Below, piece by piece: positions 9,414 through 18,864 of a stretch of DNA of 64,000 nt. The translations under genes and the position numbers were made by a program. The stretch is from Spirochaetia bacterium (GTDB taxonomy: Bacteria; Spirochaetota; Spirochaetia; DSM-16054; Sediminispirochaetaceae): the NCBI GenBank assembly GCA_034520965.1, contig JAXHMY010000008.1, positions 160,001-224,000 on the forward strand, written 5' to 3'. Position 1 is the first letter of the stretch; every line of letters begins with the position of its first letter. The notes beneath the pieces are model-generated. The model was not told where the DNA came from and searched no databases. It worked only from the letters and a program-made list of their open reading frames with translations.

Positions 9414-10649
9414 GTGCCTGCAAAAGATATGATTGTCGGACTTGATATTGGAACAAACAAGGTCTGCGCCGTTATCGGAGAATGGAACGAGAATGGTTTC
9501 ATCCAGATTACCGGTGTCGGTACAAGTCCGTCCGAAGGTCTTCGTCGCGGTGTGGTGGTGAACATAGAGTCTACTCTCCGTTCGGTACATGCGGCCATTG
9601 AAGCAGCCGAAATGATGTCCGGCCGAGAGGTTCAGGAAGTGGTAACCGGTATGGGCGGAGCTCATATTGAAGGGATCAACTCACGCGGAGTGGTGGCGGT
9701 AACCGGTAAGGGTCGGGAGATAAACCGTAATGATGTTGGACGGGTAATTGATGCCGCCAAAGCGATTGTAATACCAATGGACCGTGAGGTGATCCATGTT
9801 ATTCCGCAGGAGTTTATTGTTGATGACCAAGGAGGTATTAAAGATCCCCTGGATATGATCGGCATCAGGCTCGAGGCGGAAGTGCATATAATTACCGGCG
9901 CCGTGACAAGCGCTCAAAATTTATTGAAGTGTGTAAACAGAGCCGGCTTTCGAGTGCAGGATATCGTACTGCAGTCTCTGGCTTCGGGAAAGGCTGTTCT
10001 TTCTAAAGAGGAGAAAGAACTTGGGGTGCTGCTGATAGATCTTGGCGGCGGGACTACGGATATATTGGTGTATTCTGAAGGAGCTCCCTACTATACCGAT
10101 GTGCTTTCGATCGGTGGAGGGCAGGTAACCAACGATGTGTCGATTATGCTGAAAACACCCTTTGAGGCGGCGGAGAAGATCAAGCAGGAGGCCGGCTGCG
10201 CTTTTATGCCGATGATTGATGCTGAGGAGGAAGTGATTATCCCTGGAGTCGGTGGGTGGCCTTCGGCCTCAATACCACGCAAGGAGATCTGTAAAATTAT
10301 TCAACCGCGGATGGAAGAAATTTTCACTATGATTCGCAGCCGCCTTGAAAAGAAGGGTTTTGATAAGCACCTCGGCGGTGGAGTGGTAATTACCGGCGGG
10401 GGAGCACAGTTGCCGGGAACTGCTGAATTGGCGCGGGAGGTGTTCGGAATACCCGGCCGTATAGGGTATCCGGTGAAGGTTGGCGGCTTGTCCGACGTAT
10501 ATCAGAGTCCTATGTATGCAACTGGGGTTGGACTTGTGTTATATGCCGCTGAAATTATGGAAGCGGAAGGTGGGCACGTATCGCCGGGCAAGCGCAGTGG
10601 TGACGGAATGATGGGAAAGCTCAAGAACTGGTTCAAGGAGTTTCTATGA
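9414..10649 (+). CDS. ftsA: cell division protein FtsA
   Basis: VGLDIGTNKV, LIDLGGGTTD, VITGGGA, C-terminal amphipathic KLKNWFKEFL. Confidence 0.97.
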   Translation: MPAKDMIVGLDIGTNKVCAVIGEWNENGFIQITGVGTSPSEGLRRGVVVNIESTLRSVHAAIEAAEMMSGREVQEVVTGMGGAHIEGINSRGVVAVTGKGREINRNDVGRVIDAAKAIVIPMDREVIHVIPQEFIVDDQGGIKDPLDMIGIRLEAEVHIITGAVTSAQNLLKCVNRAGFRVQDIVLQSLASGKAVLSKEEKELGVLLIDLGGGTTDILVYSEGAPYYTDVLSIGGGQVTNDVSIMLKTPFEAAEKIKQEAGCAFMPMIDAEEEVIIPGVGGWPSASIPRKEICKIIQPRMEEIFTMIRSRLEKKGFDKHLGGGVVITGGGAQLPGTAELAREVFGIPGRIGYPVKVGGLSDVYQSPMYATGVGLVLYAAEIMEAEGGHVSPGKRSGDGMMGKLKNWFKEFL

Positions 10650-10679
10650 GTTTCTAGAAACAAAGTGAAAATGAAAGTT

Positions 10680-10725
10680 GGGGCAATACGGAGTGCACAA
10701 GGGTTAGTGCCTTCCGTACTATCCC
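10680..10725 (+). other. intercistronic RNA stem-loop between ftsA and ftsZ
   Basis: GGGGCAATACGGAGTGCAC-AAGGGTTA-GTGCCTTCCGTACTATCCC folds into a long imperfect hairpin; no U-tract follows. Confidence 0.55.
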
Positions 10726-10766
10726 GCTATAAAATATATTTTCAAAACTATGCTCGGGAGGGGGCA

Positions 10767-11936
10767 ATGCAAATCGAAATAATTGATGATCACACACAAG
10801 AGCAGATAGAACCTACCGTTATCAAGGTAATCGGAGTAGGTGGCGGCGGAAGTAATGCGGTGAACCGCATGATTACATCCGGATTAAAGAAGGTAGATTT
10901 TATTGCAGTAAATACCGACATGCAGGCACTGCAGCGGTCGAACGCCCGTACTACGTTGCCGATTGGTTCTCAGCTCACCGGCGGCTTAGGTGCCGGAGGG
11001 GTTCCGGATGTTGGAGAAAAGGCCGCAGAGGAGTCGCGTGAGGAGATCAAAAACGCTCTGCAGGGGGCCGACATGGTCTTTATTACGGCTGGAATGGGCG
11101 GTGGTACCGGCACGGGCTCCGCACCGATTGTGGCACAGATTGCCCGTGAGATGGATGCACTTACGGTAGCAGTAGTAACGAAACCCTTCGATTTTGAGGG
11201 ACGGCAGAAAATGAAGCTGGCTGACCAGGGCATCGCTAAGCTGCGGAACGAAGTGGACACCCTTATTACTATTCCTAATCAGTACCTCCTCAAAATAGTT
11301 GAGCGGCGAACTCCAATACGCGAGGCTTTTTTGATGGCCGATGATGTCCTGCGTCAGGGAGTTCAGGGTATTTCTGAACTGATTACTGAACCCGGCGAAA
11401 TAAATATAGACTTTGCTGATGTGCGGACAATTATGAAGGGCCGCGGCGATGCTCTAATGGGTATTGGCGTGGGACACGGTGATAACCGGGCAGTAGATGC
11501 GGCGACCAATGCTATCAATAATCCCCTTTTAGAAGATGCTCATATTGAGGGAGCAAAAGGAATTTTAGTCAACGTAACCGGTGGGGAGGATTTGTCGCTT
11601 AGCGAGTATGAGGAGGTAGTGAAGATCATTACTGCCAATGCTGATGATGATGCTCTTATTATTCCCGGTCAGTCGATTAAAAGCGATTTGGAAGATGAGG
11701 TGAAGGTTACTGTTGTTGCTACCGGATTTCACAGCCAGGCCGTAACAGTGGATGAAGAGGTGTCACAGGAGCCCCAGGATGAAATTATTAAATATAAAGA
11801 GTGGCTGAATCTGCAGAAGGGGTTGAATCGTAATACCTCTGGTGGCTTCCTTAGCGGCCGTAATTCCGGTGATCACGATTTAGGGATACCAACGGTCCTG
11901 CGAGGCAAAAAAGCCTCGGGAGAGAACGAGCAGTAA
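10767..11936 (+). CDS. ftsZ: cell division protein FtsZ
   Basis: [17 protein letters not shown], tubulin signature [18 protein letters not shown]-terminal LGIPTVLR; start at ATG 10767 after a GGAGG RBS. Confidence 0.98.
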   Translation: MQIEIIDDHTQEQIEPTVIKVIGVGGGGSNAVNRMITSGLKKVDFIAVNTDMQALQRSNARTTLPIGSQLTGGLGAGGVPDVGEKAAEESREEIKNALQGADMVFITAGMGGGTGTGSAPIVAQIAREMDALTVAVVTKPFDFEGRQKMKLADQGIAKLRNEVDTLITIPNQYLLKIVERRTPIREAFLMADDVLRQGVQGISELITEPGEINIDFADVRTIMKGRGDALMGIGVGHGDNRAVDAATNAINNPLLEDAHIEGAKGILVNVTGGEDLSLSEYEEVVKIITANADDDALIIPGQSIKSDLEDEVKVTVVATGFHSQAVTVDEEVSQEPQDEIIKYKEWLNLQKGLNRNTSGGFLSGRNSGDHDLGIPTVLRGKKASGENEQ

Positions 11937-11938
11937 TA

Positions 11939-12940
11939 ATGGAGAATCAGGTGCTCTTGAGAGAATACGAAGATTTCCTCACTTCCGCGGCGCAGATTGC
12001 CCCCTTGAGCCGCGAGACCTATATGCGGGAGATCCGTTTCCTCTCTGAATGGTGCACTGAATCTGCATGCAGCTTGGAGCGCGTGCAGACACTCGAACTG
12101 CTCGATTTTATTACCCACCGTCGACAGGGTGGGGTTGATCACCGAACTCTGGCAAAAACGATCAGCGCCTTGCGCTCGTTTTTCAAATTCCTGTTGCAGG
12201 AAGAGTATCGGGCTGATAATCCCGCCGGGCAAATTGACTCGCCCCGCCGCTCGGCCCCCCTTCCGGATGTAATGACCCGTGAGGAAGTTGAGGCTTTCTT
12301 CAGGGCAATTCCACTTGATACCCATTATGGTCTGCGGGATCGTGCCCTTTTTGAAATAATTTATTCCTGCGGATTGAGAATCTCTGAGGCGGCACACTTA
12401 AAGATCGGTTCTCTCTTCTCGCTGAGGGAGTAGCCAGGGTGCACTGGAGAGGGCAACCGGGAGAGAATTGTCCCGGTCAGGGATCATGGTGTCTATTGGA
12501 TTAGGCAGTACCTGCAACGCTCCCGACCGCATATGTTAAAACGTGACCGGATTGAAGAGAGCCTGTTTCTGAGCATGCGAGGGACTGCTATTTCCAGGAA
12601 AGGAATTTGGAAGCGGTTTAAGCAGATATGTGAAAGGGCGGGAATTGAAGCCAAGGTACACACTTTGAGACACTCCTTCGCTACCCATCTGCTTCAGGGA
12701 GGAGCCGATTTACGCTCTGTACAGGCCCTTTTGGGGCATGCGGATATCGGAACCACACAGATCTATACCCATGTAGAGAATGAGGAGCTGCGGCAGGTAC
12801 ATGCTGCTTTACATCCGCGAGGTTCTGAAGCCCCGGGGCAAGGGACCCCTCTAGTACTACTAGGAGGTATACCCCATGATGCGTATAAAAGCGGTAGTAT
12901 TTCTAGTAGTTGTGGCGGCGATTGTGTTTACTGGTTGTAA
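11939..12940 (+). pseudogene. xerD: tyrosine recombinase XerD, interrupted as assembled (compensating -1/+1 indels near 12419 and 12442 create TAG 12431-12433; probably consensus error)
   Basis: RDRALFEIIYSCGLRISE in ORF 11939-12433; [12 protein letters not shown] and [16 protein letters not shown] in ORF 12533-12940 in the same frame; the shifted frame restores AEGVARV. Confidence 0.85.
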
Positions 12941-13604
12941 CGAAGAACAGAAGAGAATCCTCAACAGATTGATGGATACCGAAACAGGTCAGTACAGCGG
13001 TGAAGAGGTTGATACTCAGCGAGTTGCCGAACTGGAGGATCATGTAAAACGTTTCTCGGATGAGGTTCAGGAGTTGGTTGAAGAGACAGGGAAGCTGGGT
13101 ATCTACTATAAGATGCTGGCCCTTGAGTATATGGACCAGGAGATGTACGGTCCGGCCCGGGAGTACTTTCTGAAATCTCTGGAGATATACCCTAACAACC
13201 ACCTAGTTCAGTATTATACGGGCTTATCCAGTGCGCAGACAGTAGGTGCTCAAGCAAGTGAAGCCCAGCGGACCATCCGTTTAGAAGAGGCGGCCTATCG
13301 ACTATCGGCGGGCCGCTGAACTTAAGCGTAATTACTTTGAGGCCCTCTATGCCCTTTCGGTGCTCTATGTTTTGAGCTTGACCGGGCTCCGGAAGCTGAA
13401 GAGTATGTGAAGCGGGCCCTTGAAGTTCGCCCCGGCAGCCAAAAGACCCGCTTTCTCCTCGCGGCGATTCGAGTTAGACAGAATCGCTTTGAAGAGGCAA
13501 TCGAGATTTATGATCAGATAATAGACGAGACTGAAGATGCAACTATGCAGCAGCGGGCCCGAGAAAACCGGGAACAGCTCCTGGGAGGAGGGTATAATGG
13601 CTGA
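12876..13604 (+). pseudogene. TPR-repeat lipoprotein, interrupted as assembled (+1 near 13299, -1 in the T-run 13370-13373)
   Basis: Signal peptide with lipobox IVFTGC; TPR helices (AREYFLKSLEIYPNN). The shifted frame YRRAAELKRNYFEALYALSVLYV bridges ORFs 12876-13319 and 13407-13604. Confidence 0.8.
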
Positions 13605-14583
13605 TATCCTTTCCATCGCCATAAGCCTCATAAAGGGCATTAAGCCCAGGGACCGCCTCTCATTGGGATTCTACTTCTCCTCTATAGAGGAATTTGAACA
13701 GACTAAACCCTTTGAAATGATACAGATGACCACAAAGGGGATTTCTTATAACAATCCTGCCAATGCCGAATTAGTGCGCCGAGCCCGGAAAATTGCCGAG
13801 GATGTGGAGCGTTCCGGAGCGCGGGCCGTCAGTTATTGGGACCGTGAATATCCGCCGTTACTGCGCGAAATGTACGATTCACCGTACATGCTGTATATAC
13901 GCGGGACCCTGCCGAAGCAGGACCGTCCGGCTGTTGCAATTGTGGGAACCCGTCATCCAAGCCCTGCAGGCCGTAAAGCCGCCTTTTCATTGGCGGCGGA
14001 ACTCGGATTGGCTGGCCTTCCGATTATCTCCGGCTTAGCCGCCGGTATTGATGCTGCAGCTCATTGGGGTACTCTCAAAACCCAGCAGCAGACTGTGGCG
14101 ATAATGGGAAATGGAATTGATAGGGTGTATCCCTCAAGTAATAGCGAGCTCGCTGGACGAATACTTCAAAATGGAGGGGCGCTGATCAGTGAATATCCTC
14201 CTTTCACTCCGGCCAGCCGATTCCGTTTTCCGGAACGGAACCGAATTATAAGTGGGATAGCCCGAGCACTGGTGGTTGTTCAGGCCCCTGAAAAATCGGG
14301 AGCTCTCATCACCGCTGATCATGCACTCGACCAAAACAAAGAAGTTTATGTGCATTCCGCCGGTACCTACGGCCGACGAGGGGCCGGCGCATTGCGGCTG
14401 TCGGGAGATGGCGGTATGCTGATTGAAAATGCAAAAAAAATACTTGATGCATGGCGGATACCGATGGACGAGTGCCTCGAGACATTACAACTGGACAGTT
14501 TCACCCCGAGCCAACGGCTTGAGGAAGAGCTGGATGGGCGTCTGCTGAGATTTGACGGCCTATGGTATCGGAGGGTTGGATGA
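13597..14583 (+). CDS. dprA: DNA-processing protein DprA (Smf)
   Basis: EYPPLLREMYDSP, VAIVGTR, IISGLAAGIDAAAH, FPERNRIISG, SGALITA. Confidence 0.95.
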   Translation: MADILSIAISLIKGIKPRDRLSLGFYFSSIEEFEQTKPFEMIQMTTKGISYNNPANAELVRRARKIAEDVERSGARAVSYWDREYPPLLREMYDSPYMLYIRGTLPKQDRPAVAIVGTRHPSPAGRKAAFSLAAELGLAGLPIISGLAAGIDAAAHWGTLKTQQQTVAIMGNGIDRVYPSSNSELAGRILQNGGALISEYPPFTPASRFRFPERNRIISGIARALVVVQAPEKSGALITADHALDQNKEVYVHSAGTYGRRGAGALRLSGDGGMLIENAKKILDAWRIPMDECLETLQLDSFTPSQRLEEELDGRLLRFDGLWYRRVG

Positions 14584-15479
14584 AACTGCAGGCAGTTTTA
14601 AAAGATTATATCCATTACCTTGAATCGGTTCGAGGGCTTTCGACTCATAGTATTCGTGCCTACCAAAGCGATCTTTCCCGCTTTGAGGGCTTTGTCAATG
14701 ACCGGGAGAGTGAGTGGACGCAGCTGCGGCCCGCCGATGTACGTGCCTTTGTGGGCAGCTTGCACCGTGAGAACCTGAGCGGAAGTTCGATTAATCGAGC
14801 TTTGTCGGCAGTAAAGGGTTTGTATCATTACGCCGTGCAGTTTGGGATAACTGCGGTTGATCCTTTTGAGCATATTAAAAGCAGCTCCAGTGGGAGGAGG
14901 CTTCCTCAGGTGCTGAGTGGAACCGAAGTAGATCAGTTGCTTGCTCTGCCCGACGATTCGTTTAACGGTTCCCGTGATCGAGCTTTGCTGGAACTCCTTT
15001 ATTCGACCGGGTGTCGTGTTGCAGAGATCTCGGCAATGGATATTTCGGATGTACAACGCGGAAGAAAATCTATCAGAGTACTTGGAAAAGGAAATAAAGA
15101 GCGCTATGTCTATGTAGGCCGGCCGGCTCAAGCAGCCCTGTCATATTATCTTGATATGCGCAGGCAGTATGTAACTCGGAATTCACTTGCTGAAACAGGG
15201 GCCCTGTTTATAAATTTAAAGGGTACCCGCCTAACTGCGCGTGGTATGGCTCTTATTATCAACAAATACATGCAGCGTAGTGGTATTTCAAAGAAGGTCT
15301 CACCCCACACCTTCCGTCATAGTTTTGCTACACACCTTCTCGATCAGGGCGCGGATATTCGTATGGTGCAGGAGATGCTCGGGCACTCAAGTGTGTCTAC
15401 CACGCAAATTTACACGCACGTGGGGCTAGAGAAGCTGAAAAAGGTTTATAGGGAGGCTCATCCACATGGAAAACGATAA
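14580..15479 (+). CDS. xerC: tyrosine recombinase XerC
   Basis: [53 protein letters not shown]; catalytic R-K-H-R-H-Y residues intact; upstream of hslV. Confidence 0.88.
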   Translation: MKLQAVLKDYIHYLESVRGLSTHSIRAYQSDLSRFEGFVNDRESEWTQLRPADVRAFVGSLHRENLSGSSINRALSAVKGLYHYAVQFGITAVDPFEHIKSSSSGRRLPQVLSGTEVDQLLALPDDSFNGSRDRALLELLYSTGCRVAEISAMDISDVQRGRKSIRVLGKGNKERYVYVGRPAQAALSYYLDMRRQYVTRNSLAETGALFINLKGTRLTARGMALIINKYMQRSGISKKVSPHTFRHSFATHLLDQGADIRMVQEMLGHSSVSTTQIYTHVGLEKLKKVYREAHPHGKR

Positions 15480-16011
15480 GAACTTTCATGGAACAACGAT
15501 TCTGGCAGTCCGCAAGGGAAATGAAGTAGCCATGGCCGGTGACGGTCAGGTGACCCTGGGCGAGACAGTTATGAAAGGGAACGCTCGCAAGGTACGGAGT
15601 ATGTATGACGGACAAATTTTAACCGGTTTTGCCGGTGCGACTGCCGATGCATTTACCCTGTTTGAGCGTTTTGAAGGGAAAGTAAAGGAATACAACGGCG
15701 ATATAACCCGTGCTGCAGTGGAATTAGCAAAGGAATGGCGTACCGACCGAATGCTGCGTAAACTGGAAGCTATGCTGCTGGTGGCCGATAAAAACAAGAC
15801 TTTGTTGATATCCGGCACCGGAGATGTAGTTGAACCGGAACGCGGAGTGATTTCGATCGGCTCCGGCGGCAATTATGCATATGCGGCGGCATTGGCTTAC
15901 CTGGATACTGCCGAATTGAGTGCTCGAGAGATAGTTGAACGAGCAATGAAGATTGCCGCCCACATTTGTATTTACACCAACGATCAATTTACTGTGGAGG
16001 AACTAAAATGA
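15466..16011 (+). CDS. hslV: ATP-dependent protease subunit HslV
   Basis: HGTTILAV (catalytic Thr), [23 protein letters not shown]. Confidence 0.97.
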   Translation: MENDKNFHGTTILAVRKGNEVAMAGDGQVTLGETVMKGNARKVRSMYDGQILTGFAGATADAFTLFERFEGKVKEYNGDITRAAVELAKEWRTDRMLRKLEAMLLVADKNKTLLISGTGDVVEPERGVISIGSGGNYAYAAALAYLDTAELSAREIVERAMKIAAHICIYTNDQFTVEELK

Positions 16012-17460
16012 TAGAGGCGTTGTTTTCACTCACACCAAAAGAAATAGTCAAAGCTTTAGATAAATATATTATCGGACAAGAGAAGGCCAAAAAGTCGGTA
16101 GCAATAGCCCTGCGTAATAGAGTACGGCGGCGTAATTTGCCGGATGACCTGCGGGACGAGGTTGCTCCGAAGAACATCATCATGATCGGTTCAACCGGAG
16201 TCGGCAAAACCGAGATCGCCCGCCGCCTTTCTAAACTCAGCGGTGCACCCTTTATCAAGGTAGAGGCTACAAAATACACAGAAGTAGGATACGTAGGGCG
16301 CGATGTTGAGTCGATGGTGCGCGACCTTATGAGCGTAGCCTTGTCGATGGTAAAGAGCGAAATGGCTGAAGATGTGCGTGAAGAAGCGGAAAAGCGCGCA
16401 GAGGAGTCTGTGCTGGACTTGCTGCTGCCGGGTGTGAAAAAAAGCGGCCGCAGCAGCGATAAGAAGGATCAATCCGTCGATGGAAACAGTAGTGCTTCAG
16501 CAGCTTCGGGGGCGGGACCTTCCGACGTGATCTATGTCGGCGACGGTACGGAAAACGGCTCCGAGAGGAGCTCCGACAGCGGCGGAACCACCCGTGAAAA
16601 ATTTAGAAAAATGCTGAGAGACGGAAAACTGGACGATAAAATGGTTGAGGTTGAAACCTCCGGGTCCAAGTCCCCTTCTATCTGAAGTTTTTTCCGGACA
16701 GAGCTTTGAAGAAATGAATATGAATTTCGGAAATCTTGGAAATATCTTTGGGGGGAACAAGAAAAAACGGCGGGTATCGGTTAAGAATGCCCGCGAAATT
16801 CTGCTGGACCAGGAAATGGATAAGTTGATTGACGACGAGAGTGCCGCGGATGTGGCCCGTGAGAGGGTTGAGCAGATGGGCATCATCTTTATCGACGAAA
16901 TTGATAAAGTGGCAGTGAAAGAAGGGCGCGGCGGAATGGATGTATCCCGCGAAGGGGTGCAGCGCGATATTCTGCCGATTGTAGAAGGCAGTAAAATCAA
17001 TACTAAATACGGACTGATCGATACCAGTCACATATTATTTATTGCAGCAGGTGCTTTTCACATGAGCAAGCCTTCGGATTTGATTCCGGAGCTGCAGGGG
17101 CGGTTTCCCCTGCGGGTAGAACTTGAAGACCTCTCTGATAAGGACTTTTTCCGTATTCTGACCGAACCGGAAAACGCCCTTACCAAACAGTACCGCGAGC
17201 TTTTGAAAACTGAAGGGGTTGAACTTGATTTTTCCGACGACTCCTTGAAGAGGATAAGTGAGATTGCCGCCGATGTGAATTCGAAGACCGAAAATATCGG
17301 TGCCCGTCGGTTGCAGACGATAATGGAGCTGCTGTTGGAGGATATATCTTTCAATGCTCCGGAGCTTGAGGGACAAAAAATACCGATTACTCCGGAGTAT
17401 GTGAATGAACGGCTGCAGGATATTGTGCAGGACCAGGATCTTTCGCGATATATTCTGTAA
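16008..17460 (+). pseudogene. hslU: ATP-dependent protease ATPase subunit HslU, split by a +1 insertion near 16683 as assembled (probably consensus error)
   Basis: Walker A GSTGVGKT and GYVG pore loop in the 5' ORF; Walker [15 protein letters not shown] and GARRL in the 3' ORF. Removing one base gives ...[11 protein letters not shown]... Confidence 0.9.
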
Positions 17461-17482
17461 AGGTTTTTTGGGGAGAAGTTAC

Positions 17483-17510
17483 TAAGTGAGCGAGGTGAAT
17501 GTGTCGAAAC
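17483..17510 (+). promoter_or_regulatory. possible sigma28-like promoter upstream of flgB
   Basis: TAAG-N16-GTCGAAAC versus the consensus TAAA-N15/16-GCCGATAA; imperfect match. Confidence 0.3.
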
Positions 17511-17585
17511 TAGAAATTAGAAAACCCAGGCCTTTCAAAAACTTTCGGTTTTTGCGGATGCCTGTAGCAAAAAGGAGAGCACAGG

Positions 17586-18002
17586 GTGTTTTTAAATAAT
17601 AGCTTTGGAAAAACCCTCGATATTCTGCATAGAACAATGGATGCGTCGATGCTGCGTCATCAGGTGAGTGCCAACAACATCGCAAATGCCGACACCCCTA
17701 ACTTCAAGCGAACTACAGTGAACTTTGAGTCTGAATTGAAGCGGGCGTTGGACTCCGAAAAGGTAGACAAACCGCAGGCGTACCTGACGCATCCCAAACA
17801 TATCCCCTTTGATAAAGTGCAGAATTACCGAGAAGTGAAACCCCGGCGGGTACTGGACTATCTGTCCCAAACCGATAACAACGGGAACAATGTGAACCTG
17901 GAAGAGGAGAGTATGCTGCTCCTGCAAAATCAGCTGCGTTATAACATGTTGACCAGATCCGTTTCTGAACAATTCAATCGGGTTAATCTGGTACTAAGGT
18001 AG
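17586..18002 (+). CDS. flgB: flagellar basal-body rod protein FlgB
   Basis: ANNIANADTPNFK, DNNGNNVNLEEE. Confidence 0.95.
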   Translation: MFLNNSFGKTLDILHRTMDASMLRHQVSANNIANADTPNFKRTTVNFESELKRALDSEKVDKPQAYLTHPKHIPFDKVQNYREVKPRRVLDYLSQTDNNGNNVNLEEESMLLLQNQLRYNMLTRSVSEQFNRVNLVLR

Positions 18003-18014
18003 TGGAGGTAAGCA

Positions 18015-18473
18015 ATGGGCTTATTCAGTAGTATTAATGTCGCATCCTCCGGCCTGACCGCACAGAGGACTCGACTCGATGTAGTGTCTAATAATATCGC
18101 CAATGCAGATACCACCCGTACTCCTGAAGGCGGGCCGTTCCGCCGTAGTCGGGTTATATTTCGGCCGCGGGTCAGTCAGCCCTACTGGCGGAGTCCTTTT
18201 CAGCCTAAAACACTGGATAACGGAGTTGGTCAGGGGGTACGAATAGTTGAGGTTGAGAAGGATAGCGATTCAAAACCGCGAATGGTCTACGATCCGACCC
18301 ATCCGGATGCAATTAAAACCGGTCCGCAGCAGGGATATGTAGAAATGCCGAATGTAAATGTTGTCGAAGAAATGGTGGACATGATTTCGGCATCCCGTTC
18401 TTATGAAGCGAACGTCGCTGTTATAAATGGTGCGAAAACCATGTTTCAGGGCGCACTTAATATTGGAAGATGA
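18015..18473 (+). CDS. flgC: flagellar basal-body rod protein FlgC
   Basis: SGLTAQRTRLDVVSNNIANA, YDPTHPDA, PNVNVVEEMVDMISASRSYEAN. Confidence 0.97.
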   Translation: MGLFSSINVASSGLTAQRTRLDVVSNNIANADTTRTPEGGPFRRSRVIFRPRVSQPYWRSPFQPKTLDNGVGQGVRIVEVEKDSDSKPRMVYDPTHPDAIKTGPQQGYVEMPNVNVVEEMVDMISASRSYEANVAVINGAKTMFQGALNIGR

Positions 18474-18497
18474 TTATTCCGAGGGAGGAGTAACTAA

Positions 18498-18830
18498 ATG
18501 TCAAATATGTTTTCAAGCCAAGTGAGCGGTCACATTGTTCCGATGGAACTTACAAACCCTCGGCATATGACCGGAAAACTCACAAAGCCGCAACAGCAAG
18601 GCAGCGAAAACCTTGATTTTGGAAAGATGGTGTTTGATAAACTGCAGGAAGCGAATAGTCTTACCCAGGAAAGTACGCAGTTGAGTCAGCAATTTATTAC
18701 CGACCCTGATAGTGTAGATGCACACGATGTGACGATTGCAATGAGCAAGGCTAATTTTGCAGTATCGCTGACAAAGTCCGTCGTCGATGGAGCGTTGAAG
18801 GCTTACAGGGAGATTTCAAACTTGAGATAA
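18498..18830 (+). CDS. fliE: flagellar hook-basal body complex protein FliE
   Basis: DAHDVTIAMSKA...AYREI C-terminal motif; position after flgC. Confidence 0.93.
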   Translation: MSNMFSSQVSGHIVPMELTNPRHMTGKLTKPQQQGSENLDFGKMVFDKLQEANSLTQESTQLSQQFITDPDSVDAHDVTIAMSKANFAVSLTKSVVDGALKAYREISNLR

Positions 18831-18864
18831 AGTGATGTGATCGTTCTTCTTTTTGGGAGGGGAA

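Noticed and set aside
10665..10766. 34-aa N-terminal extension of FtsZ (and similar track extensions on murF, ftsW, dprA, hslU, fliJ, secA)
   Set aside because: Longest-ORF artefacts. RBS position, stop/start overlap and family N-termini support the downstream starts.
12431..12433. Amber read-through or pyrrolysine in xerD (single in-frame TAG)
   Set aside because: The in-frame peptide around the stop (SLRE*PGC) does not resemble Xer, whereas the shifted frame (AEGVARV) does. Compensating indels explain it, and TAG is a normal stop elsewhere in the window.
11939..15479. Two tyrosine recombinases flanking cargo, as an integrative element or invertible segment
   Set aside because: Both are XerC/D-like housekeeping genes in a typical core gene order. 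No att repeats, tRNA target or mobile cargo are visible.
16670..16690. prfB-like programmed +1 frameshift in hslU
   Set aside because: No CTT-TGA slippery codon and no properly spaced internal SD. Other genes in the window show similar single-base errors.
17461..17585. c-di-GMP riboswitch upstream of flgB
   Set aside because: The GGCAAAC...GAAA...GACGCAAAG core of class I is absent; only a simple hairpin is supported.
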